Assembly: GCA_015655215.1 (NCBI GenBank)
Contig: JAATFL010000013.1
Location: forward strand, 371 to 64,370
DNA: 64,000 bases
Source: Coriobacteriia bacterium
GTDB lineage: Bacteria > Actinomycetota > Coriobacteriia > Coriobacteriales > RUG033
Direction of reading: 5' to 3'
Part shown: positions 27,428 through 35,918 of the stretch, in pieces
Position numbering within the stretch: position 1 is the first letter of the stretch
How the letters are laid out: each line of letters opens with the position of its first letter
Made by a program: the position numbers and the translations under genes
Notes under the pieces: generated by a model
The model's input: the letters and a program-made list of their open reading frames with translations, nothing else
The model's database searches: none
What the model was told of the DNA's origin: nothing

Positions 27428-28333
27428 ATGGGAATCAAGATGTATGGGGAACCTGCTCTCCGGATGCATTCCAATCCGATGGCATCGTGCTTCGATTGCA
27501 AGAGAGAGGCCAGGTTCCACCATGTTGCAGCAGGGCAAGCGCATGAGCACTTACGATTCTGCGCGAAGTCCCACGAGGGGCACAGGGTGATCGCAGTCTG
27601 CGGGAAGGGCGGTGTGGGTAAGACGGCATTCTCCGCTCTCGTGTTGGGGGCGATGGTCCGCAGCGGCGTGTTCGGACGGATCCTCGTCGTCGATGCCGAC
27701 CCTGCCCTGGGCCTTGGCCTTGCTCTCGGCGTACCAGTTGGAAAGACCATCGGATTTGTGCGGGAGGAGATACTACGTACCGCCGGGTCCAAGGACCTGC
27801 AACTCGAGGCGGAACTTGCGGGGAAGCTTGACTATCTGATTGCCGAATCTCTTACGGAGGCAGACGGCTATGCGTTCATGGCGATGGGACACAGCGATTC
27901 GCTTGGCTGCTATTGCTCCGTGAACGATCTGTTGCGGGACGCTATCCAGGTGCTGATCGCAGATTTCGACACGGTGCTCATCGATGGCGAGGCGGGACTA
28001 GAGCAGATAAACAGGCAGGTCGTCGCCGGTATCGATCGTTTGATCGTCCTATCGGACGGTTCTTGCAGGGGTATGAATACCGTTAATTTGATTTATGATA
28101 TTGCCAAGAGGGAGCATCTCGTCGAAGCGGAGCGCATCGGAGTGGTGTTCAACCGCGTCCTTGCTGGTATCGACGAAGCCCAGCCCCTTCCCAAGGAGAT
28201 GAGCCTTTTGGGTATCGTCCCCTTGGATCCGGTCGTTGCACGGTGCGATGCGCAGGGGATACCGTTGGATAGGCTCTCACCGGATACGCCGGCTGCTCAC
28301 AGCGTGTGGCATATAGTCGAAGGACTGTTCTGA
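27428..28333 (+). CDS. CooC/AcsF-type (MinD-superfamily) metallocentre-assembly ATPase
   Basis: Deviant Walker A CGKGGVGKT (about 27598-27624), VVDADP, and the CooC-diagnostic C-x-C motif GCYCS (27908-27916). The start is uncertain. ATG 27428 gives a 53-aa Cys/His-rich extension. GTG 27587, after GAGGGG, gives the canonical MIAVCGKGG start. Confidence 0.8.
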   Translation: MGIKMYGEPALRMHSNPMASCFDCKREARFHHVAAGQAHEHLRFCAKSHEGHRVIAVCGKGGVGKTAFSALVLGAMVRSGVFGRILVVDADPALGLGLALGVPVGKTIGFVREEILRTAGSKDLQLEAELAGKLDYLIAESLTEADGYAFMAMGHSDSLGCYCSVNDLLRDAIQVLIADFDTVLIDGEAGLEQINRQVVAGIDRLIVLSDGSCRGMNTVNLIYDIAKREHLVEAERIGVVFNRVLAGIDEAQPLPKEMSLLGIVPLDPVVARCDAQGIPLDRLSPDTPAAHSVWHIVEGLF

Positions 28334-28365
28334 GGCGAGGTACTCGTCCAAACGGTGTGGCGATA

Positions 28366-28410
28366 GACGGGGATTCCGTCGGTCATCGACAGCCGGGGGG
28401 AATCCCTGTC
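28366..28410 (+). terminator. 12-bp stem (one G-U) hairpin GACGGGGATTCC...GGAATCCCTGTC after the last gene of the operon
   Basis: Read directly. The loop is 21 nt and there is no U-tract, so this is a weak call. Confidence 0.3.
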
Positions 28411-28440
28411 TCCATCCTACCGGTCATCCCGGTCCGCTTC

Positions 28441-28599
28441 CTATGTCTCGATCAGGTTGAGGAGTTCCTGACGAGTGTGCACCCCTAGCCTCCGGTAGAG
28501 GTTCTTGGCATGCGTCTGCTCGGTGTTCTTGGATATCACCAACTCTTCGCGGATGTAGGGGAGTGAGCTGGCATACTGGTCCTTTGCCCACTCATCAGC
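28441..28599 (-). pseudogene. LuxR/GerE-type HTH remnant (52 codons, no start codon) directly in frame behind the TAG stop of the upstream polyferredoxin-like ORF
   Basis: My own translation: ADEWAKDQYASSLPYIREELVISKNTEQTHAKNLYRRLGVHTRQELLNLIET*. The C-terminal 37 aa align with the HTH of the five LuxR paralogues in this window. No Met/Val start is present. Confidence 0.6.
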
Positions 28600-29790
28600 C
28601 TAGCGTTCGTAGATCTGCCCTTTGCCGAGCAGGTCGTAGAGCCTGTCGTACATCGGGTTTGTGCCGGCTCTGGGTTTTCGAGGGGCCTTCACCTCATAGC
28701 GCTCTCCCATCCCCTCGGCCAAGGCCGCTGCGGGGACCTCCCCGTCGACCGTGATGGCACCCCGCAGGCAGATGTCACGGCAAAGGCAGCAGCGAACGCA
28801 GCGGGAGGGATAGTGGCCTATGGCGGTGGATCCGCCCTCCTCGTATTTGACCAAGGCCCCCGTGGGACAGAAGTTCGCGCACATCATGCATGCCATGCAG
28901 AGGTCCCCGTCGATGCGCACGTGGCCCCAGAGGCGCGTGGGGATCTCACCGGCTTCGGGATAACCGAGCAGCGACAGCCAATCGAGGAGTTTCTCGCGAC
29001 GTGCAGGGACGAAGCGTGGGAGGCTGCCGTCCTCTCCCACGTGAGCGTAGCGTGGGCTTGCCTGCCGTCTCTCGGATGGATCGTCCACGACGCTCGTCAC
29101 GGCGGACACCGCCGCGCTCCTCGCGCCTTGCTTCATCTGTGAGAGGAACTCGCGGCGTGAGACGCCTTGCGCACGTTCAAGGTCCGCGTCCTCGAGCCAT
29201 GCATCGTCTGGGAGCTCTTTCGCAAAGACGAAACCGGCATCCGTATAGCCACATGCCTCCATGAGGGTGGTCGCCGTATCGCAGACGAGGCGTGCGGTGT
29301 TCAGACCGTTCCCATACGGGCACTGGTCGCAATCCCCGGACACGAGCACGACCGTCTTGGCTCCATTGGCGATGAGTCCCACCAGGAACGACTCCTCCAT
29401 GCGCCCGAGGCACGTGGCTTCCACGATCGTGCTGCGTTCATAGGGGTCACGGCAGCTCTCGAGATACGTCGAGCAGACGATGACGGGGTTGCCATCCGTC
29501 GCCTTCGTGGCGGCCAGGCCGTTCGCGAACAGGGTCTCATCAGGTGGGTTCCTCGCCTCAAGGGCACCGGTCGGGCAGGCGGTCGCACAGGTGCCGCATC
29601 CGATGCAGAGGTCGGGAATGACGTCGAGTCTGTCTCCATCGCACGAGATGGCACCCGACGCGCAGGCATCCGAGCATCTTCTACAGCTGGCGTTGCGGTT
29701 GCGCACCAGCACGCAACGCTCCTGATGGACGGCCATGCTCGGACTTTCGATCCTCTCGAGGATATCCAGTATGCTCGCGATGTTTGGCAT
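28600..29790 (-). CDS. Polyferredoxin-like Fe-S protein (4Fe-4S dicluster - MvhD/FlpD-like Cys domain - 4Fe-4S dicluster)
   Basis: SD GAGAGAGGGAAC. CIGCGTCATACPTG; central VVLVSGDCDQCPYG; C-terminal CMACMMCANFCPTG and CVRCCLCRDIC. Confidence 0.85.
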   Translation of the reverse strand: MPNIASILDILERIESPSMAVHQERCVLVRNRNASCRRCSDACASGAISCDGDRLDVIPDLCIGCGTCATACPTGALEARNPPDETLFANGLAATKATDGNPVIVCSTYLESCRDPYERSTIVEATCLGRMEESFLVGLIANGAKTVVLVSGDCDQCPYGNGLNTARLVCDTATTLMEACGYTDAGFVFAKELPDDAWLEDADLERAQGVSRREFLSQMKQGARSAAVSAVTSVVDDPSERRQASPRYAHVGEDGSLPRFVPARREKLLDWLSLLGYPEAGEIPTRLWGHVRIDGDLCMACMMCANFCPTGALVKYEEGGSTAIGHYPSRCVRCCLCRDICLRGAITVDGEVPAAALAEGMGERYEVKAPRKPRAGTNPMYDRLYDLLGKGQIYER

Positions 29791-29858
29791 GTTCCCTCTC
29801 TCGAAGAACCGGGGTGGCGGGGTTTGGACGTGGGTCCCGATGGAGTCCGCGGCATGGG

Positions 29859-31432
29859 TCAGCCGGGCAGTTGCTTCTCTTCCTTCAGTTTTTGGACCGT
29901 GGCGTCGACGAGGTCGATGAGTTCCTGGCGCGAATGCACGTTGAGCTTCACATAGACGTTGTGGGTGTGGGTGCGAACCGTATTCCAGGAGAGGGTCATC
30001 TGCTCGGCGATGTAGTTGCTGCTCCGTCCCATGGCGAGGTAGCGGAAGGCCTCCTCCTCGCGCTTCGACAGGGAGTACCTCTCCGAAAGGTACTCGGTGC
30101 CCTCCCGGAACAGCCCGCTCTTCTTGGTCGTCTCCTGTTTGACCAGGTCCTGCTCGAGGAGGGTCTGAAGGTCGAGCTCACTTTCATCGGCGGGCGAGAA
30201 CAGCCTGTCGAAATCGCGCTCGGTGAAGATCATGAATCCCATGATGAGGATGAGTGCTGCGAGGATGAGGTAGAACACGAACGCGTTGGGTAATGCGAGG
30301 ATGGTCGGCATGACCGTTATGCCGATGAACCAGCCGAGTGCATCCCCCAGCATGAGCCCTCCCCAGCCGAAGGAGAAGACGACGAGCGAGGAGACCTTCT
30401 TCTGATAGACGATGAACGCGAGCAGGTTCCAGACCACGAATTCGAAGATCACCTGCAAGAAGCCGAGGAGCAGCACCATCATGCCCCCGTAGTTGCCAAC
30501 CAGCGGTACGAACGCGATGACGAAGACCATCAGCAGTGCGAGCAGCGAGTAGAGGCGATCGAAGTCGATATGCCGCATCTCTGCGCTCACCGTGAGGAAT
30601 ATCACGAGTAAGGCGAGGACCACACGGAGGGCCGTAAGCGAGTTGCTACCGGTGACCGTGGTCTCGAGCGCGTCCGTATCGATGACGACGCTGCGGATGA
30701 TGCTCACCACTCCGGCGAGGAACGTGACCATCAACGTCATCTTCCAGAAGGAGCGTGGCAGGCTGTCCAGGTGCAGGTAGTAGAGAACCTGCTCCTTGCA
30801 CCCATCGTCGGGCTTTCTGGGCAGCGTGCACAGCCAGGCGGTGAGGAGAGGCGGAGTATCAGGGCGCAGATTCCCGATGCCGGAGGACCGCCCTTGACCG
30901 GAGCCCAATGGGGCACACCCATCGCGAAGAAGTAGAGGCAGACGATGACAACCTGCGAAAGCGCGGCGTAGAGGAGCACCTTGCGGGGAGGCAGCTCACC
31001 GTAGAGCTCCCCGCACTTCAGGGCAAGTACGGCGGTTCCCGCCCCCGTAAACAGTGAACCTACGTAGAACAGGGGAGGTGCGGCAAGGTAGTAGGGGCCG
31101 GCGAGGATCACCAGGAGGGACCCGATGCTCGCTATCGTGGCAGCACCGACGATGCTCCTTCGACTGGCGAGCAGCTTCTGAAACGCCGATGCGGCGAGGA
31201 ACATCACCGCGCAGGCTATCGCGAAGGTAAACGTGGACGTGATGTAGAGATACGAGAGATAGGTGCCGTTGATCTCCGTATCGGAAAGCCAGACGGATCC
31301 GCTGTAGGTGAGGAAGGCCCAGGCGAGCCAGGACCCGAGGGAAAGATAGGGAAGCGCCGGCCATAGCGTGGTGAGCTTCTCGCCGAATCCCGTCTTCCCC
31401 GTTTGAGTGGTGCCGTGGATCAACGCGGCCAT
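29859..31432 (-). pseudogene. Polytopic-membrane LuxR-family regulator interrupted by a -1 frameshift (or sequencing error)
   Basis: The N-terminal TM half lies in ORF 30737..31546, starting at ATG 31432 (MAALIHG). The C-terminal TM half + HTH (LSKREEEAFRYLAMGRSSNYIAEQMTLSWNTVRTHTHNVYVKLNV) lies in ORF 29859..30908. The two frames overlap by 172 nt. The combined length (~520 aa) matches the intact paralogues. Confidence 0.7.
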
Positions 31433-31696
31433 GTTCCGTACCCTTCTTCTGGTTCCGCCCCTCGCGTCAGTATAACCCTGCAGCCGAGGGTATCTTCCTC
31501 CGTTTGCGCCTCCTCTCCACCTTTGTTGGGCGACAACCTCACGCAAAATGATTTAGTTCGATTCTGTCGACCCGGAAGCATCGAATACATGGGAAATAGA
31601 GCAGTTTGCGGCTTTTGCCAACCTCCCTGCGCCTTCATAGTGCGGTCCGTAAGAAGAAACCTCCGAGGACGCACTTTCGAGAAGGGAAGAGGGGCA

Positions 31697-32476
31697 ATGA
31701 CGGAATCGGGCATTGGGGAATTCCTGAGCGAGGAGGCACTCGAAAGAGGGGATGAGGACGTGGCCCTCGACGCGTGCGACGAACGCGTGGATGTCGCCTC
31801 CGGCGAAGGCACGGCCGAAGTAGTCAATGGGCTCACGCGCGAGGAGTGCCGTGAGAGGCTCGAGAACATCTTCAAGCGCCACGCAGCCCACCGCGAGATC
31901 TTCTATCAGATCCTGGTCTTTTGCCAAGAGATGCGGCTTCTCCCCAACATCGAGGAGGGGATCGCGACCTATCCCGAGTTCAAGCATGCGGCGCAGAGCC
32001 CGTACCATTTCATCCGCACCTTGGAGGAGGCGGGTGGTCTGACGCGCATCGAGTTGGACGAGAAGGAAGACGAGGTCACGCCCGAACGCAAGGAGGGCCT
32101 CGGTGAGGACGCGATCGACGAGTTGGTCCATGACTACGTGTTCGAGACGACCGACGCTGGCAGGGAGACCGTCAAGGCGCATGACCCCGTAAGGCGCATC
32201 CTCGAGCTTCTCGACGACCTCCCCGCCCGCAAGGACACCTACATAGAGCTCATGGACTTCTGCAAGGAGAGCCCTCGCGCCTATACGGAGGTGGGACGAT
32301 TCCTCGAGGGGCACGATGCCCTCAAGCACGTCGACGTCGCATCGGGGCAGGTCCTGCAGCCGAGCGTCTTCTTGGACAAGCTCGAATCTGCACATGCGAT
32401 CGTGTGGGATGGCGGCTGGATATTGACGGAGGAGGGAAGAGGGTACCTGGTTGCGTTGGAAAGCCCAGCCGCTTGA
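31697..32476 (+). CDS. Acidic hypothetical protein, first gene of the Mo-oxidoreductase operon
   Basis: ATG 31697 follows gaagggaagagggg. 259 aa with no signal peptide. Two internally similar segments end in winged-helix-like strings (HFIRTLEEAGGLTRIE and IVWDGGWILTEEGRGYL); that reading is inference. Confidence 0.7.
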   Translation: MTESGIGEFLSEEALERGDEDVALDACDERVDVASGEGTAEVVNGLTREECRERLENIFKRHAAHREIFYQILVFCQEMRLLPNIEEGIATYPEFKHAAQSPYHFIRTLEEAGGLTRIELDEKEDEVTPERKEGLGEDAIDELVHDYVFETTDAGRETVKAHDPVRRILELLDDLPARKDTYIELMDFCKESPRAYTEVGRFLEGHDALKHVDVASGQVLQPSVFLDKLESAHAIVWDGGWILTEEGRGYLVALESPAA

Positions 32477-32532
32477 ACGATAGGGAGAGCAAGGACGGAT
32501 CGGTTCACAGGACACAGGGAAAGGAAGGGATT

Positions 32533-35331
32533 ATGCCAGAGACGGTTCAACTGACACGTCGAAGCTTCATCAAGGCCTCCGCTCTTGCCGGAGCGGCAGC
32601 CGCCATCGGCGCATCGATGTCGGGCTCGCTCGTGGAGACCGACGCGGCGTATGCCGACTCCGCAACCGAGACCAAGAAGGTGCACACCTCCTGTCATGGA
32701 TGCATCCAGGTCTGCCCGGCGTACGCCTACATCGAGAACGGCGTCGTCACGAAGCTCGAGGGCGATCCGGATGCCCCCACGAGCAAGGGGTCGCTTTGCA
32801 TGAAGGGTCTCAACCAGTTGCACACCATGTACAGTCCGCGCCGCATCCTGCATCCACTCAAGCGTGCGGGGGAGCGTGGGACGAATGACTGGGAGGTCAT
32901 CTCCTGGGACGAGGCGATAAGCCTCGCGGCCGATCAGATCACGAGCACCATCGACAAGTACGGCTCGTACTCGTTCTTCGCCTCCGTCGGCGGCGGAGGC
33001 TCCTACTCGTTCATGGAGGCCATGACACTGCCGATGGCCCTCAATTCGCCGACCGTCTTCGAACCCGGCTGCGCCCAATGCTACCTGCCGCGCTACGCCA
33101 TGGCGAAGTTCGTCTACGGCGCAAACGACCAATCCATCGCCGACAACGCCGTCATAGAACCCTTCAACGAGTATACGAACAAGACCGAGATGCTGGTTCT
33201 ATGGGCAGCGCAGCCCTCGGTGAGCCAGACGGCCGAATCGGGCCACGGGATGGCCGACCTGCGGGCTCGCGGATGCAAGACGGTCGTCGTCGACCCCAAC
33301 TTCAGCCCCGACGCCGTCAAGGCGGACGTCTGGCTGCCGGTTCGTCCGGGTACGGATACCGGGCTCTTGCTCTCGTGGTTCCGCTACATCTTCGAGAACA
33401 AGCTCTATGACGAGAAGTTCACCAAGTACTGGACGAACCTGCCGTTCCTCATCGACCCCGACACCAAGCTCCCCGTTGAGGCCGCGGAGCTCTTCCCCAG
33501 CTACGTCTCCCCGACGCCGGAGAACACGCCTGCATATGTCTGCTACGACCTGAGGACGAACTCCGTCCAACCGTTTCCCTTCAGCGCACCTGACAGTTCC
33601 CCGGTCGACCCGGATATCTTCACGACGCAGACCATCGACGGCAAGACGTACAAGAGTGCCGGCCAGATATACAAGGAGCAGGCCGAACCCTGGACCCTCG
33701 AGCACGCCGAGGAGGTCTGTTGGGTCCCTGCCGATCGCATCGAGGCGGCCGTGAAGCTCTACACGGATGCCGATGTCGCCGGCATCGCCAACGGGGTCGC
33801 CTCCGACATGACCGAAAGTGCCTCGCAGGTGCCGCTCGGGTGCCTTGGGCTCGATATGGTCATGGGGTATGTGAACAAGCCCGGATGCACGCTCACGCAG
33901 CGTGACCTCTCGAGCGTCCCCACCGTCCGCCCGGTCGCCCACTACAACGGCTTCGATGGCATGTTCTCCGACATCTACGGCGTGGGTGCGGTCGTGGGCA
34001 TGAGTCCCGCGGAGAACGAGGCCCGCATCAAGGCCTTCCCCCCGGACCGTCAGGCGCAGTACAACAAGCTGCTCGTCGACCGTCTGGGCATGAAGGAGCA
34101 CAAGGGTCTGTACGCTTGGTGCCACTCGCACATCCCCACGGTGCGCGAGGCCATCGCGACCGGCGAGCCCTTCAAGCCCCGAGTCTGGTTCGACATGTCC
34201 GGCAACAAGCTCGCCATGCTGGGTAATGCCAAGTCGTGGTACGAGGTCTTTCCCGAGGTCGACTTCATCATCGGCCAGTACCCCATGCTGACCTCGTTCC
34301 ATATAGAGGCCGCCGACCTGGTCTTCCCCTTGCGCGAATGGCTCGAGGAGCCCATGGTCAACATGACGCAACAGAACACCACCTGGCTGCAAAACGAGTG
34401 CACGCATATAGGCGAGACCGTTTCCCACAGCATCCCCGCAGGCCAAGTACTCGATAAATGCGAGGAGATATGGGGCAAGCTCCCCGGCCTCGCACCTGGG
34501 TACCTGGGCGACCACACCGAGGCGGACGTCAAGCAGGGCGTCGCCGACAGTCTCAAGGCCGCCAGCTGGGATGAGCTCATGGCGAACACGGACAAATACG
34601 TCCCGCTGGTCGTCCCCCCGAAGGATTTCTACCAGTACTACCAGCATGAGGTCGTCGTCTCAGACGGTCTACCCGCAGGTTTCGGCACGGAGTCACGTAA
34701 GTGCGAGCCGTATTGCACGCTCTTGCTCAAGATGGCGCGCACCGGATACCCGTTCTGCTACCCCGTGGCCCAGGAGGCATGTGACGACTACTCGCCGATA
34801 TGCGAGTTCATCGAGCCAGCCGAGAGCCCCGTCGGCGATAGCGAGTATCCGCTCGTCCTCACTTCCGGTCGCGTCCCCTACTTCCACCACGGCACCATGC
34901 GCCACGCCGCCTTCGCACGGGAGCTCTACCCAGCTCCCGACGTGCGCATCAACCCCGCGACGGCGGAGGAGCTCGGCATCGAGCACATGGAGTGGGTCAA
35001 GGTCTCCTCGCGTCGTGGTGACATCTCCGGTCGGGCCTACCTCACCGAGGGGGTCAACCCCGGCGTCGTCTGGATGGAGCGCTTCTGGAACCCTGAGTGC
35101 TTCGACGAGTCGCAGACCCATAAGACCGCCGGTTGGCGTGAGTGCAACGTGAACATCCTCACCAAGAACGACGCTCCCTTCAACGAGGTCTTCGGCTCCT
35201 ATACCAACCGCGGCTTCACCGTCAAGGTCGAGAAAGGCGCGCGGCCGGACAACATCTGGATCGAGCCCAAGGAGTTCGAGCCCTTCCTACCTACGCTCCG
35301 TAGCGAGCCGACCACGAAGGATGTGTTCTAA
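32533..35331 (+). CDS. Molybdopterin (bis-MGD, DMSO-reductase-superfamily) oxidoreductase catalytic subunit, Tat-exported
   Basis: ATG 32533 follows ggaaaggaaggga. Tat signal TRRSFIKASALAG with an AYA cleavage-like site. N-terminal FS0 motif C-x2-C-x3-C-x27-C (HTSCHGCIQVCP...SLCMKG). 932 aa. Confidence 0.9.
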   Translation: MPETVQLTRRSFIKASALAGAAAAIGASMSGSLVETDAAYADSATETKKVHTSCHGCIQVCPAYAYIENGVVTKLEGDPDAPTSKGSLCMKGLNQLHTMYSPRRILHPLKRAGERGTNDWEVISWDEAISLAADQITSTIDKYGSYSFFASVGGGGSYSFMEAMTLPMALNSPTVFEPGCAQCYLPRYAMAKFVYGANDQSIADNAVIEPFNEYTNKTEMLVLWAAQPSVSQTAESGHGMADLRARGCKTVVVDPNFSPDAVKADVWLPVRPGTDTGLLLSWFRYIFENKLYDEKFTKYWTNLPFLIDPDTKLPVEAAELFPSYVSPTPENTPAYVCYDLRTNSVQPFPFSAPDSSPVDPDIFTTQTIDGKTYKSAGQIYKEQAEPWTLEHAEEVCWVPADRIEAAVKLYTDADVAGIANGVASDMTESASQVPLGCLGLDMVMGYVNKPGCTLTQRDLSSVPTVRPVAHYNGFDGMFSDIYGVGAVVGMSPAENEARIKAFPPDRQAQYNKLLVDRLGMKEHKGLYAWCHSHIPTVREAIATGEPFKPRVWFDMSGNKLAMLGNAKSWYEVFPEVDFIIGQYPMLTSFHIEAADLVFPLREWLEEPMVNMTQQNTTWLQNECTHIGETVSHSIPAGQVLDKCEEIWGKLPGLAPGYLGDHTEADVKQGVADSLKAASWDELMANTDKYVPLVVPPKDFYQYYQHEVVVSDGLPAGFGTESRKCEPYCTLLLKMARTGYPFCYPVAQEACDDYSPICEFIEPAESPVGDSEYPLVLTSGRVPYFHHGTMRHAAFARELYPAPDVRINPATAEELGIEHMEWVKVSSRRGDISGRAYLTEGVNPGVVWMERFWNPECFDESQTHKTAGWRECNVNILTKNDAPFNEVFGSYTNRGFTVKVEKGARPDNIWIEPKEFEPFLPTLRSEPTTKDVF

Positions 35332-35333
35332 TC

Positions 35334-35918
35334 ATGAGGAACTGTCTGGTCATAGATCTCGACCGTTGCAGTGGCTGCGACACGTGCGTGGTCGCCTGCA
35401 AGCATGAGAACAACGTCGATCTTGGCAACTACTGGAATCAGGTCGTGGCCGTGGGCCCGTCGGGCACGTTCCCCGATATCGAGCAGTACTGGATCCCCGC
35501 CCAGTGCCAGCAGTGCGAGAACCCCCAGTGCGTGCATGTCTGCCCCACGGGCGCGTCCTACCGTGATTCCAAGACGGGGGTCGTGCTCATCGACAAGTCG
35601 AAGTGCATCGGGTGCCAGTACTGCATGATGGCCTGTCCGTACGGCGTCCGCACCTACAACGAGACCTCGCATGTGGTCGAGAAGTGCACCTTGTGCCCGC
35701 AGCTCACCGCCAACGACGAACTTCCCGCTTGCGTGCACAACTGCTGCACAGGTGCCCGCTTCTACGGCGATATCGACGATCCCACGAGCGATGCCGCCAA
35801 GGCCATCGCGGCGGCCAGTGCCGATAGCATCCATCATCTGCCCGACCCAGGCGATTCGAAGCCGGTGACGGTCTACATCCTCTCGCCCAAGGTTGCGGCA
35901 TGGAAGGAGCTGGTCTAA
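35334..35918 (+). CDS. 4Fe-4S dicluster electron-transfer subunit (DmsB-like)
   Basis: CSGCDTCVVACK, CQQCENPQCVHVCPTG, CIGCQYCMMACPYG, CTLC. Starts 2 nt after the catalytic subunit stop. Confidence 0.9.
   Translation: MRNCLVIDLDRCSGCDTCVVACKHENNVDLGNYWNQVVAVGPSGTFPDIEQYWIPAQCQQCENPQCVHVCPTGASYRDSKTGVVLIDKSKCIGCQYCMMACPYGVRTYNETSHVVEKCTLCPQLTANDELPACVHNCCTGARFYGDIDDPTSDAAKAIAAASADSIHHLPDPGDSKPVTVYILSPKVAAWKELV

Noticed and set aside
30737-30908. The overlap of the two LuxR half-ORFs considered as programmed frameshifting or as two genuine overlapping genes.
   Set aside because: I could not see a slippery heptamer or a downstream structure. The downstream ORF's only start is a TTG without an SD. 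A simple 1-nt indel, either a mutation or an assembly error, explains it better.
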